Part shown: positions 1-9,732 of the stretch, one piece after another | How positions within the stretch are numbered: position 1 is the first letter of the stretch | How the letters are laid out: the number at the start of each line of letters is the position of its first letter | Source: Planctomycetaceae bacterium | GTDB lineage: Bacteria > Planctomycetota > Planctomycetia > Planctomycetales > Planctomycetaceae | Length of the DNA: 64,000 nt | Direction of reading: 5' to 3' | NCBI GenBank assembly: GCA_947476295.1 | Contig: CANJQC010000001.1 | Location: forward strand, 28,555-92,554 | Notes under the pieces: model-generated | Database searches by the model: none | The model's input: the letters and a program-made list of their open reading frames with translations, nothing else | What the model was told of the DNA's origin: nothing | Translations under genes and position numbers: made by a program

Positions 1-165
1 CACGATTTAGCACCCGAGGTACTCAATACGGCAGTTGCTTGCACTCAAATACATCTGCCTCGGGGTTTCATAAAAATGTTGCACCTGATTGTTGAAGGAT
101 GCGGACACAGTGTTCGCGATCCAGTTCCAATGTGCTGTGAAAGGTTTTGATCTTCGAGTGCCGTC

Positions 166-369
166 ATGCCAAATGAAAATCCCCTGCCCGACGAATTGCG
201 TGGTCTGATTGAAAAACGATCTTCGAAAGATCGGCGGAAAAAAACTCCTGGCCGATTGTCCGACGACGATGATGGTCAGGCTGCTGCCGCCGCCGCCGCT
301 CCTCGTAAGTCACAGCGAGATCGTCGCCAGCAAAAGAATTTCCGCGATCTTCTCGACGACGACGAATAG
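166..369 (+). CDS. hypothetical small highly charged protein (67 aa)
   Basis: ATG ORF with a poly-Ala run and KR/DE-rich low-complexity sequence. An imperfect hairpin plus T-rich tract follows it. No domain recognised. Confidence 0.3.
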   Translation: MPNENPLPDELRGLIEKRSSKDRRKKTPGRLSDDDDGQAAAAAAAPRKSQRDRRQQKNFRDLLDDDE

Positions 370-402
370 CCGTCCCGATCGATCGTAAGTACGCTTCAGA
401 CG

Positions 403-432
403 GAACGAACGATTTATGCGTTCTTTCTTTCT
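403..432 (+). terminator. weak intrinsic-terminator-like hairpin
   Basis: GAACGAACG (403-411) pairs with CGTTCTTTC (419-427) at 8 of 9 positions, with a 7-nt loop, followed by TTTCT. It lies 34 nt after the stop of the 166-369 ORF. Confidence 0.3.
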
Positions 433-662
433 GCGCGCGGTCTTCATGCAGGATGGAAGTTCAAGTCCGTCATGTATCAAGTGCTGAGTGATCGCTGGTA
501 TTCATCATTCGTATCACACCAATCCTGGCATCATTGGAAGTTGATCCGTCTGTGTTCTGAGGTACTGCTGTCCTTTTTCACAACCGGGTGGGGCAGCAGG
601 TCATTCCCCAGTTCCGACATACCGACGCAGTTAAGAAGAACGGTTCTCTCAATAACTCTCCG

Positions 663-697
663 GCTCTCGTCCTCTTTTTGTGACGAGGGCTTTTTTT
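663..697 (+). terminator. Rho-independent terminator
   Basis: GCTCTCGTC (663-671) pairs with GACGAGGGC (682-690) as a 9-bp stem with one G-U pair. The loop is 10 nt and is followed by T7 (691-697). Confidence 0.7.
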
Positions 698-796
698 CGT
701 TTCTGCGGAGCCTAGTTCCAATTGGATGTGCCGTTTGATTTCCGAGCGGCGGGGAGCAATCCCACGCAGTGATGGATTTCAAGAAAGGTTCTGACC

Positions 797-884
797 ATGT
801 CTCGCATTCATCAAATCACCCCTGACTCCGCAACCGGAAAAGCCAAAGAACTGCTCGATGCCGTTAAAGGGAAACGTGGAATTG
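797..884 (+). pseudogene. N-terminal remnant of a carboxymuconolactone decarboxylase / AhpD-like family gene
   Basis: MSRIHQITPDSATGKAKELLDAVKGK matches the usual N-terminus of CMD-family proteins as I remember it (M.R...P..ATGKAKELLD.V...LG.VPN). Similarity is lost after about 28 codons, exactly where the convergent regulator gene ends (896). Confidence 0.4.
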
Positions 885-895
885 TGCGTAGCTTA

Positions 896-2071
896 TCAGT
901 CCACGTTCAGAAACGGTGCCTTTTTTGTTTGCCGCCGATACTGGCCGGGAGTCTGTCCAAATTCGCGGTGGAAACTGCTGCACATATGTTGGGGATATGA
1001 GAATCCAGTACGCTCGGCGATCTCGGATAGCGTTAAATCGGATTCAGCCAGCAATGTCCTCACAGTCTTAATTCGTATTCGCGAAATTTCTGCTTTGGGC
1101 GATCGGCCAATGAGTAGTCGCATACGTCTCTCGAGCGAAGTGCGCGAGATTGGAACCGCCCTGAGGACATCGCTGACATCGATCCCTTCGCATGCATGCT
1201 GTCGGATGTACCCAAGAGCTGCGGCAATTTTCTGATCGTCAATCGCCACAACATCAGATGATTGACGTGTGACCATCTCCAGTGGCGGAATCAAAATTGG
1301 CTTCTTTGGCGCAGCCTGTCCATTCATCATGCGAGAAAGCAAACTTGCCGCCTCATACCCCGTAAGTTCTGAGTTGAACGGAACACTCGAAAGTGGTGGG
1401 CGTGACATGCTGCAAAGTGTTTCATCATTCTCGACTCCAACAACTGCAACGTGTTCTGGAACTGCGAACCCGGCGCGACTGCATGCATCTAGGAGCCAGA
1501 ATCCCAACTGGTCATTACTTGCCATCAGCCCAACCGGCTTCGGCAGTTGCGTGATCCATTGGACCAGCCTGTCCTGTTGTCGTTCCCACTTCACTGGATG
1601 TTCAGGATGTCGCTGAGCGCGATAAATTTCGACTTTATGACCCGCCATAGAGAGGGTCTGCACAAATACGTCGCAGCGTTGCTTGAAATAGTCCTCATTG
1701 TCGAGCTGGTAGACACCAAAATGACGAAAGCCGCGATCCAGAAAATGTTCAGCGACTTTGCGTCCAAGAAGTCGATTATCGACCCCCACAAAAGGGAAGT
1801 TATGTTTTAGTTGGATTGACCGTAATTCAACTGTGGGCACGTTGCATTGTGTCACCGCATCAAGCATCCTTTGACTTCCGCTACGGGTCAGAATTCCGTC
1901 ACCCTTCCAATTTTTCAGCCAAGGAGGCGCCATCGAATCAAGTGAACGGGCTTCGACGAACACGGACCAAGGGCCGTGTTCTGCAATGAAACGACGTACC
2001 CCAAGCAAGAGTCCTCTCCCATAGGACCGGGTCGTCTCAATGAGCAGTGCAACATGTGGGATGTTGTTCAT
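896..2071 (-). CDS. XylR-like transcriptional regulator (LacI-type sugar-binding domain + AraC-type HTH)
   Basis: 391 aa. The N-terminal part is periplasmic-binding-protein-like (HVALLIETTRSYGRGLL...). The C-terminal part is an AraC HTH (LTLSEIAERTGFSYPQHMCSSFHREFGQTPGQYRR). Confidence 0.85.
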   Translation of the reverse strand: MNNIPHVALLIETTRSYGRGLLLGVRRFIAEHGPWSVFVEARSLDSMAPPWLKNWKGDGILTRSGSQRMLDAVTQCNVPTVELRSIQLKHNFPFVGVDNRLLGRKVAEHFLDRGFRHFGVYQLDNEDYFKQRCDVFVQTLSMAGHKVEIYRAQRHPEHPVKWERQQDRLVQWITQLPKPVGLMASNDQLGFWLLDACSRAGFAVPEHVAVVGVENDETLCSMSRPPLSSVPFNSELTGYEAASLLSRMMNGQAAPKKPILIPPLEMVTRQSSDVVAIDDQKIAAALGYIRQHACEGIDVSDVLRAVPISRTSLERRMRLLIGRSPKAEISRIRIKTVRTLLAESDLTLSEIAERTGFSYPQHMCSSFHREFGQTPGQYRRQTKKAPFLNVD

Positions 2072-2244
2072 TCATCGAAGTTATACTAGGGGCGATACTC
2101 GCCGGCACTATGATCGAGAATATTTCGTTAGATTTATCCGCAATTCATGAATGCAACGTTCACTTGTGAGTTGCTATACATGCGGATTCGGTTCAGAAAG
2201 CAAGTTCCCACCTCAGATGCAGTGATGCTGCTTTAGCTGGATTT

Positions 2245-2931
2245 ATGTCAAAAGTGCTGATAATTGTTGGTGATGCGACGGAAACGGTGGACACACTCTA
2301 CCCATATTACCGATTGCAGGAAGCGGGATTCACACCGGTCGTTGCGGCCCCTGAGCGGCGGCAGTACCAGATGGTAATGCATGAAATCACACCTGGCTGG
2401 ACAATCACCAGAGAGTGGGAAGGGTATAAGATCAACGCAGATGTGGCATTCTATGAGATCCATTGCGAAGATTATCTGGGCATTTTCTTCAGTGGTGGCA
2501 GAGCGCCTGAATACATTCGTGATGATCCGAATTTGATCAAAATCACGCAACATTTTTTTGACGCGAAAAAGCCAATTGCCAGCGTCTGCCACGGCGTGGA
2601 AATTCCCGCTCGAGCAGATCGCGTTCGTGGTCGCCGTATGGCAACGGTAGCGAAATGCCGTTTCGACCTAGAAGTTTGCGGTGGGATCTACGTCGATGCA
2701 CCATGCGTTATCGATGAAAATCTGATCAGTGGCCGTACTTATCATGATCACGGAGCCTATATGGGGGCCTGGATTCGATTGCTCATCGGCGCACATGAGG
2801 GTGCCGTAAAGGTTGGGGGCGTCGCTGTCCAGAGTGCGCCGCGCGAACCAAGTGACGATGGAGCACCGTCAGTCCCGACCGCTGCAGCCACTCAATGCGC
2901 TGTTGCAGAACCTGTACCCGTCCGCTCATAG
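2245..2931 (+). CDS. DJ-1/PfpI family protein
   Basis: 228 aa. Contains KVLIIVGD...TLYPYYRL and the nucleophile-elbow motif ASVCHGVEI. A roughly 45-aa Ala/Pro-rich C-terminal tail follows. Confidence 0.85.
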   Translation: MSKVLIIVGDATETVDTLYPYYRLQEAGFTPVVAAPERRQYQMVMHEITPGWTITREWEGYKINADVAFYEIHCEDYLGIFFSGGRAPEYIRDDPNLIKITQHFFDAKKPIASVCHGVEIPARADRVRGRRMATVAKCRFDLEVCGGIYVDAPCVIDENLISGRTYHDHGAYMGAWIRLLIGAHEGAVKVGGVAVQSAPREPSDDGAPSVPTAAATQCAVAEPVPVRS

Positions 2932-3275
2932 ATGACCGACCCGGCCAGAAAAAAGACTTGAGACCGGAATTAAATCGGCTCAAGACGAACCGTACTGGCA
3001 GGGATGGATTCCTCGGACGCCTGCCGTGCATTCTCCCACCCAACAACACGTTGACAAGCTGGAGGGTTTGCCCTTATTCAGAATCCGATTCGCTGCCGCA
3101 AAAGTGTAAGACAATTACGCTTTTATGGCATGGATAACCCATAAGCACATTGGTAACGTTTCGGCAGGCATACAGGATTCGTCAGATTCCTGATGCGATG
3201 GAGCTTCGTTTACGGTTGAGTTTTCCGTATCTGTTCTTTGGTTCCATCTACAAAGTCCTACTAGGAGCATGTTTT

Positions 3276-4385
3276 ATGTCACGAGTCAGAACGAGAAAAG
3301 ACGGTTTCACATTGATTGAACTGCTGGTGGTTATTGCCATCATTGCAGTTCTGATCTCTCTGCTTCTGCCAGCAGTGCAACAAGCCCGCGAAGCGGCGCG
3401 AAGAACACAATGCAAGAACAACCTGAAGCAACTGGGGTTGGCATTGCATAACTACCACGATGTGTTCAACACGTTTCCACCTGGCACAATTACGTTTGAT
3501 TCTTGGAACGCGAATGTGGCGAGTTCCGGTTTGACGCGACTCGGAGCCACCGCGGCCCCGTGTCCGTGCTCTACAGTTGGCGGCAGTGATGGAGAAGCGA
3601 ATGGTCTGTCATGGACGGTCTTGATCCTGCCCTATATTGATGATGCCAATCGGTATGCTCTTTTCAATGCCAGTGCGAACCCAGCCTATGGATACGGGAC
3701 GCCTGGAATTGGGGATTCTTGGATTCCTGCAGGCACTCCAAGCGGCAACGGCGGAACTGCAACCGGGACGAGCCCAGCCGATTACGTAAACGTGGCACAA
3801 TGGGAACTACAGAATTCGAAGTTCCAGTGTCCTTCAGATCCTGGTTCCGGCTCTGGAAACAATAACACGAATTACATGGGAGTTCAGGGTGGTGGGCAGA
3901 ATGTGTCTGCAGCCTGTACTGTTTGTCAGGGATCTGGATCGTCCATCAACAATCGATTTATGTTCAACGGCATCCTGTCTAACAATTCAAAAACTGACAT
4001 GGGTAAGATTACGGACGGAAGCAGCAACACGTTCCTGGTTGCCGAATCAATGTATATGATCACACCGGTGGGGACCCGCGAAGGAAATCCGAGTCGCGCC
4101 GGCTGGGCGTCGAGTGGAAGGGTAGATAGTTCCTGTAATCCTGTTGTGCTGGCTGGAGCCGTTCTGCAGATTAATTCAGCCCCCAGTTCAGGTAGCTCAC
4201 GGGTGGGCTGGTTGACACGGGATGCTCGCGATATCTCTACATCGATGTTTGGCAGCAATCACAGTGGTGGTTGCCAGGTAACACTCGGTGACGGCTCCGT
4301 CCGATTTCTAAGCCAGAATATGGACTTGACGACATATCAAAACATGGGCGACCGAGCCGACGGGAAAGTCATTGGAGAGTTTTGA
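3276..4385 (+). CDS. DUF1559 domain protein with prepilin-type N-terminal cleavage/methylation signal
   Basis: [53 protein letters not shown] is the hallmark N-terminus. I chose the internal ATG at 3276 with AGGAG upstream; the six-frame ORF begins at 3150. Confidence 0.9.
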   Translation: MSRVRTRKDGFTLIELLVVIAIIAVLISLLLPAVQQAREAARRTQCKNNLKQLGLALHNYHDVFNTFPPGTITFDSWNANVASSGLTRLGATAAPCPCSTVGGSDGEANGLSWTVLILPYIDDANRYALFNASANPAYGYGTPGIGDSWIPAGTPSGNGGTATGTSPADYVNVAQWELQNSKFQCPSDPGSGSGNNNTNYMGVQGGGQNVSAACTVCQGSGSSINNRFMFNGILSNNSKTDMGKITDGSSNTFLVAESMYMITPVGTREGNPSRAGWASSGRVDSSCNPVVLAGAVLQINSAPSSGSSRVGWLTRDARDISTSMFGSNHSGGCQVTLGDGSVRFLSQNMDLTTYQNMGDRADGKVIGEF

Positions 4386-4807
4386 TGAAGTGTTGCAGCA
4401 ACAAACCCAGTTGGAGCCGATTGCTCTCAATCGTAACTCTGACACCGTTTCTATTTCTCGGCTGTTCCGGGGGTCGTGATGGTCCTGAAAGATTCGAATT
4501 GAATGGGAAGGTCACTGTTGACGGTGTGCCGGTTTTGTCGGGCATGCTGGCAATTTCCCCCGACACAAAGAAAGGGAACTCAGGCCCTGGCACAACAATT
4601 ATTATCGGTCAGGGCGCGTACGAGGTTGATTCAGACAAGGGGGTCGTGGGCGGTCCACACATTATCCAGATCACGGTTTACGAAGTCGGACAATTGACCG
4701 AAAAAGGCCAGGCGGACGACGACGAGGCCGAGAGTGGAACGGTGTACCAAAAGACGCTTGAAGTGGATCTTCCAGAAAAAGGTGGAACCTACGATTTTAA
4801 ATTGTAG
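4382..4807 (+). CDS. lipoprotein, carboxypeptidase-regulatory-like fold (usual DUF1559 partner)
   Basis: ATGA overlap with the upstream stop. Lipobox FLFLGCSGG. Sequence [12 protein letters not shown] is typical of a beta-sandwich domain. Confidence 0.6.
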   Translation: MMKCCSNKPSWSRLLSIVTLTPFLFLGCSGGRDGPERFELNGKVTVDGVPVLSGMLAISPDTKKGNSGPGTTIIIGQGAYEVDSDKGVVGGPHIIQITVYEVGQLTEKGQADDDEAESGTVYQKTLEVDLPEKGGTYDFKL

Positions 4808-4932
4808 GCTGCCGACTGTTCGATGATTCAGAGGTGTCAACCAAGCAGTTGCAACAACACAGATTTTTGGAAATCATGAAGTTGCAACTGCATTTTCGTT
4901 AATGAGTCGGGGCGAATTGAAGGTATTTTTAA

Positions 4933-6528
4933 ATGGCCAATCAGATGAAAGAAAAAATGATGGACTATTCGAGCCGTCGTCAGTTCTTGGCATCGGCTTC
5001 AGCGACTGCGTTATGGCCCTTCCTGAACCTGCCGATTGCGGAGGCGGGAAATCGAAGGTCTTCGTTTGTGGACTATCCATTTAAGCTGGGTGTTGCTTCG
5101 GGAGATCCCGCGCCAGACGGCGTTGTGCTCTGGACTCGACTTTGCCCGCAACCAGCCAGCGATGATGGTGGTGTTCCACCGGAAGATATACAAGTCCAAT
5201 GGCAGGTGGCTGCGGACGAAGCGATGAAGCATATTATTCGAAAGGGTTTTGCGACTGCGGCAGTGGATTGGGGGCATTCCATCCATGTGGAAGTCGAGGG
5301 ACTCGAACCGGATCGGAGTTACTGGTATCAATTCAAGGTGGGCATGGACGTCAGTCCGGTCGGGCGGACGCGGACTGCTCCTGCAGCAGATGCGATACTG
5401 GCTAATTTTCGGTTCGCTTTCGCGTCGTGCCAGAAGTATAACGACGGCTACTTCACGGCGTATGAACACATGGCCCAGGACGACCTGCGTGCCGTTTTTC
5501 ATCTGGGTGATTATATTTACGAAGGTGTTGGGAACGAAGGTGATGCGCCGACTCGGTATTTCGATGCCCCCGAGGCGACAACGCTGCAGCTTTACCGCAA
5601 CCGATATGCACTTTATCACGCAGATCCTCATCTGCAGGCAGCCCATGCGGCATTCCCCTGGATAGTTACCTGGGACGATCATGAATTCGCTAATGATTGC
5701 GCCGGAGCTGTTTCGGACGACCCGGCTGTGAGTACTGCAGATTACCTGAAAAGGCGAGCTGGTGCCTATAAAGCATACTATGAGAATCTGCCTCTGCGTC
5801 GCGCAGCGTTGCCCATGGGGCCCGACATGATGCTTTATCGGCGCATATCTTTTGGTCAGATGATCGATTTCTCCGTGCTCGACACTCGGCAATATCGTAG
5901 TGATCAACCTTGTGAAACGAAATACAGGACGCCATGCGACGGGATCTTCGATCCCAAGGCGACGATGCTTGGGGATGCTCAGGAAAAGTGGTTGTGTGAG
6001 GGACTCAACACGAGCGGTGCTCGTTGGAATGTTCTCGCCCAGCAGGTCATGATGGCTCGCCCTGATTTCGTGTACAAGCCGCACAAGGAAGGTGAGATCA
6101 CTTTTTGTATGGATAAGTGGGACGGTTACCATGTACCACGCACACGGTTACTACAGTACATTTCTGATCATCAGATCTCAAATCCTGTCGTTTTGACAGG
6201 GGATGTACATCGTAACTGGGTCAATGATCTGAAGGTTGATTTCGACAATCCGGAGTCGGCGACAGTTGCTACGGAATTCGTTGGTACGTCCATTTCTACC
6301 AATGGCGATGGCACAGAGGGCAAGGAGATTGCCGAAGCCGTAAAGGCAAAGAACCCGTTCGTGAAGTTCTTTAACAGCGAACGCGGATATGTCCGCTGTG
6401 ACGTGACCGCAGATGAATGGCGATCCGACTACCGTACCGTTCCGTATATCACAACACCTGGTGCTCCATGCGTGACCCGTGCCACATTTGTTGTCGAAAA
6501 TGGCCAATCTGGAGCGGTCAGAGCGTAG
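4933..6528 (+). CDS. phoD: alkaline phosphatase D family protein (Tat-exported)
   Basis: Tat signal SRRQFLASASA. PhoD N-terminal motif FKLGVASGDPAPDGVVLWTRL. Metallophosphatase motifs (HLGDYIYE, TWDDHEF). Confidence 0.9.
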   Translation: MANQMKEKMMDYSSRRQFLASASATALWPFLNLPIAEAGNRRSSFVDYPFKLGVASGDPAPDGVVLWTRLCPQPASDDGGVPPEDIQVQWQVAADEAMKHIIRKGFATAAVDWGHSIHVEVEGLEPDRSYWYQFKVGMDVSPVGRTRTAPAADAILANFRFAFASCQKYNDGYFTAYEHMAQDDLRAVFHLGDYIYEGVGNEGDAPTRYFDAPEATTLQLYRNRYALYHADPHLQAAHAAFPWIVTWDDHEFANDCAGAVSDDPAVSTADYLKRRAGAYKAYYENLPLRRAALPMGPDMMLYRRISFGQMIDFSVLDTRQYRSDQPCETKYRTPCDGIFDPKATMLGDAQEKWLCEGLNTSGARWNVLAQQVMMARPDFVYKPHKEGEITFCMDKWDGYHVPRTRLLQYISDHQISNPVVLTGDVHRNWVNDLKVDFDNPESATVATEFVGTSISTNGDGTEGKEIAEAVKAKNPFVKFFNSERGYVRCDVTADEWRSDYRTVPYITTPGAPCVTRATFVVENGQSGAVRA

Positions 6529-6640
6529 AGGCAATTCGCAAATTCCAGCGTTTCGTGGTTGACCGGTGACACGTCCGTTGTTCAGAAGAATCTCAGCGGT
6601 CAGAACGGTTCTTGTGGTTCCTTCAGTAAAACTCGTAACG

Positions 6641-7750
6641 ATGGGGATTGATATTGTGGGCATACTTAATCGTCGAGCAGCACTGCAGCTTTCTGGTGGC
6701 GTTGTCTGCTCTTCCCTGTTTTATGGTATTTCACCACAGGCGGCGACGGGGATTGAGACCGCAGCTAAGCCTCGCATCAAAATCGGACAGATTGGCGTGG
6801 GCCACGCTCATGCCACTAAACTGAGTGTGTATCGGAATTCATCCGATTATGAAGTCGTCGGAATTGTAGAACCTGATGTTGAGTTACGAAAGCTCGCAGA
6901 GTCCCAGGACACCTACCGCGACCTGAAGTGGATGACGCAGGAACAACTGCTCAATGTTGCGGGACTGCAAGCCGTGCTGGTTGAAACACGCGTACGCGAT
7001 CTTCTGAATGTCGCTGAAGTCTGTGTTGCTTCAGGTAAACACATCCACCTGGATAAGCCAGCCGGTGAATCATTATCTCAGTTCGCACGGATTCTCCGTT
7101 TGGCTGCCAGTCAGAAGCTCATGGTACAGATGGGCTATATGTTTCGATATAATCCAGCGATTGTGTTTCTGCGCAAACTCTTGAAAGACGGTTGGCTTGG
7201 GGATGTATTCGAAGTGCATGCTGTGATGAGTAAGGATATTGATCCGGAAACTCGTCGCGGACTGGCCGAATATCCCGGTGGCGTTATGTTTGAACTCGGA
7301 GGGCACATCACGGATTTGGTAATCGGTGTCCTCGGTCGGCCGACAAACATTACTGCGTTTCCCCAGCACGCACACAAAATCGACGACCAACTCAAGGACA
7401 ATATGCTTGCAGTTTTTGAATATCCTCATTCCTGCGCAACTCTCAAGTCGAGTGCCATGGAGATCGGTTGGCTCGAACGTCGACACCTTACCGTCTGCGG
7501 TACCAAGGGAACAATCCACATCCAGCCTTTAGACAACCCGTCGGCGCGGCTGGCGTTGTCCGAACCTCATGGCGCCTACAAAGCCGGCTATCAGGACATC
7601 TCTTTTCCGAAGTACGTCCGCTATGTCGATGACGCAGCAGACATGGCATGTGTCCTACGCGGTGAAAAAGAGAATGAATTCTCCTATGATCACGATCTAA
7701 TCGTACAAACCTCGCTTATTCAGGCATGTGGCCTGACGTCTGACATCTGA
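6641..7750 (+). CDS. Gfo/Idh/MocA family oxidoreductase with Tat signal
   Basis: NRRAALQ twin-arginine signal. Rossmann motif IKIGQIGVGHAHA. I chose the ATG at 6641; the ORF opens at a GTG at 6566. Confidence 0.85.
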   Translation: MGIDIVGILNRRAALQLSGGVVCSSLFYGISPQAATGIETAAKPRIKIGQIGVGHAHATKLSVYRNSSDYEVVGIVEPDVELRKLAESQDTYRDLKWMTQEQLLNVAGLQAVLVETRVRDLLNVAEVCVASGKHIHLDKPAGESLSQFARILRLAASQKLMVQMGYMFRYNPAIVFLRKLLKDGWLGDVFEVHAVMSKDIDPETRRGLAEYPGGVMFELGGHITDLVIGVLGRPTNITAFPQHAHKIDDQLKDNMLAVFEYPHSCATLKSSAMEIGWLERRHLTVCGTKGTIHIQPLDNPSARLALSEPHGAYKAGYQDISFPKYVRYVDDAADMACVLRGEKENEFSYDHDLIVQTSLIQACGLTSDI

Positions 7751-7817
7751 GAGATCTGGTTTTCGCATCGCATCGGGCCACTGTTTCGAACGTTCACAAC
7801 CTTGTAAGGATGGCATC

Positions 7818-9146
7818 ATGGCAGCATCGGGTTCACGGCGTAAATTCCTGCGGAATTCCGCAGAAACGGTGACGCTTGCCGCTGCAGTCTCGGCCTTGGG
7901 CAACGTGCATGCGTTTGGTGCGGAGAATTCTGCCCGAATTCGACTCGGTATCATCGGTTGTGGCGGAATCATGACGAAACACGTCACGGGATTAGTTGAG
8001 CGTAAAGAAGCCGTCGAAATCGCATGGCTCTGTGACGTCGATCCGGAGCAGATTGAGAAAACCGCTGGACTCGTGGTTGGATTCCAGTCAGCCCCGCCCA
8101 GAAAGACAAAGCGATTTGAAGATGTAATAGAAGACCAGAGCGTCGATGCCTGCATTATCGCTACACCTCATCACTGGCACGCTCCGATCGCCTTGCGGGC
8201 GATGCAATCCGGCAAGGACGTCTATATCGAAAAACCAATTTCCCATGTTTTCGATGAAGGACCACTGATCATCGCGGCAGCAAAAAAGTACGGACGAGTT
8301 GTGCAGCAGGGAAGTCAGATGCGCAGTAGTCCGGTAACAGCCAGCGCTGGAAAGCTGCTGAAGGAAGGAATTATTGGTGAAGTCAAAGTGGCTCGAGCCT
8401 GGACTGCTGAGATGCGCACAACAGTCCGGGCAGTTCCAGATGGAATGGTGCCTGATGGGGTTGATTATGACCGTTGGCTGGGTCCAGCGCCCGAGCGACC
8501 GTTCAATCCGCATCGGTTCCACTACAACTGGCGAATGTTCCATGACTATGGAAACGGCGAAATCGGCGATGATGGTATTCACGACCTTGACATGGCGACC
8601 TGGGGGCTGGACGTTGACACGTTGCCGAGTCAAATCACGGCCCGTGGTGGCCGGATGATGCTTCCTGATCATGTCAGCGAATACCCCGATAATATGACGG
8701 TGACTTACGAATATCCCGACGGGCGAATTATTCTCTACGAGAATTATCCGTTCACTGAATACGGACTACACGGATTCGACAATGGTAACGTTTTTTACGG
8801 AACCAAAGGCTACATGATTTTTTCCCGCCGGGGAGCGTTCAGTGTATTTCTCGGGCCCAAGAGGACTCCGGGGCCAACGGAAGGGAAAGAAATACGCGGT
8901 CAAACGGGCTATCCCGAGCACATGGCCGAATTTTTGCTAGCTGTTCGCAACCGCACGCCTACGAAGGCTAACCCCGTTGTGGCACATCGAAGTTGCGCTT
9001 TGGTCCATCTCGGAGAAATCTCGTATCGAACCGGTGGCAGAGTCGATTTTGACCCCGTAACGGAACGTTTTGTGAACAGCGAAGCTGCCAATAAACTGTT
9101 GACCAAGGACTACCGCCAACCCTATGGGTTACCGAAAGATCCGTGA
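7818..9146 (+). CDS. Gfo/Idh/MocA family oxidoreductase with Tat signal
   Basis: SRRKFLRNSAE signal. IRLGIIGCGGIMTKH Rossmann motif and EKP motif (YIEKPISH). Confidence 0.85.
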   Translation: MAASGSRRKFLRNSAETVTLAAAVSALGNVHAFGAENSARIRLGIIGCGGIMTKHVTGLVERKEAVEIAWLCDVDPEQIEKTAGLVVGFQSAPPRKTKRFEDVIEDQSVDACIIATPHHWHAPIALRAMQSGKDVYIEKPISHVFDEGPLIIAAAKKYGRVVQQGSQMRSSPVTASAGKLLKEGIIGEVKVARAWTAEMRTTVRAVPDGMVPDGVDYDRWLGPAPERPFNPHRFHYNWRMFHDYGNGEIGDDGIHDLDMATWGLDVDTLPSQITARGGRMMLPDHVSEYPDNMTVTYEYPDGRIILYENYPFTEYGLHGFDNGNVFYGTKGYMIFSRRGAFSVFLGPKRTPGPTEGKEIRGQTGYPEHMAEFLLAVRNRTPTKANPVVAHRSCALVHLGEISYRTGGRVDFDPVTERFVNSEAANKLLTKDYRQPYGLPKDP

Positions 9147-9547
9147 GTGTACTGACAACCGCGCGTCAGGTGCGCGACCACAAAACGCCCGGAGCCTATG
9201 CGACGGTCAAAGTGGTTCCGGTGCTCGGCATGTGTCACGAAACAAAATCAACCAAGGAAGCACTGGAATACATTTCCAAAACAGGAACTGCTGAAGAACG
9301 GGAAGAAGCGTACCGCATTCTCTATCCACACTTCAACGGAACTGAAGATCGCAAGTTCCGGAGTGACGCAGGTTGTTTGGTGGAAGAGTGCCCAAGTTCG
9401 ACCGGCTTTAATCCAAGCGCGGAATCGGATTATGGTGTCGGAGTTATCGCGGAACCAGCAATTGCCGCTGCTCGTCACACGGAGATTGATCGTCTGAAGT
9501 TCCCCAGCCCACCGCAAAGTCGAGGTGCTTGCCGCGCCGATTGGTAG
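9143..9547 (+). CDS. hypothetical protein (134 aa)
   Basis: GTG start overlaps the upstream TGA (GTGA). The composition is protein-like but no domain was recognised. An antisense ORF of similar length exists. Confidence 0.35.
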   Translation: MSVLTTARQVRDHKTPGAYATVKVVPVLGMCHETKSTKEALEYISKTGTAEEREEAYRILYPHFNGTEDRKFRSDAGCLVEECPSSTGFNPSAESDYGVGVIAEPAIAAARHTEIDRLKFPSPPQSRGACRADW

Positions 9548-9732
9548 TGTTTGGGGCCCATTGACACCCATTGCTCTCTTGTGGCGACACGTCGCTCGCA
9601 GGCCGAGTCAGCTGGGCTTCATAAGGGATTGATCGCGTCCCCATCAGGTTAGTCGCCGCGTCGTCGCGAACAAGTGCCGCCCCGGTTGCTATCGGAGCCG
9701 GCGCAACGGAAGAACTGTTTGAATATCGGCGA

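Noticed and set aside
1-150. Open frame entering from the left edge (…HDLAPEVLNTAVACTQIHLPRGFIKMLHLIVEGCGHSVRDPVPMCCERF*).
   Set aside because: Only 49 codons are visible with no recognisable motif. This is too little evidence to call a partial CDS.
440-480. tRNA/tmRNA-like T-loop sequence GGAAGTTCAAGTCC.
   Set aside because: The flanks do not form a 5-bp T stem, and no complementary acceptor arm (ATACATG) is present about 70 nt upstream. No cloverleaf can be drawn.
5011-6132. Very long antisense ORFs opposite well-supported genes: 5011-6132 opposite phoD, 15127-16155 opposite the sialidase-like gene, 32905-33801 opposite ctaD, 39876-40841 opposite the dehydratase and glpD, and 17168-17899 opposite the SNF2 gene.
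   Set aside because: Their translations are Arg/Ser/His/Cys-rich and lack any motif, while the sense strands carry unmistakable family signatures. Stop-free antisense frames are expected from the codon bias of moderately GC-rich genes.
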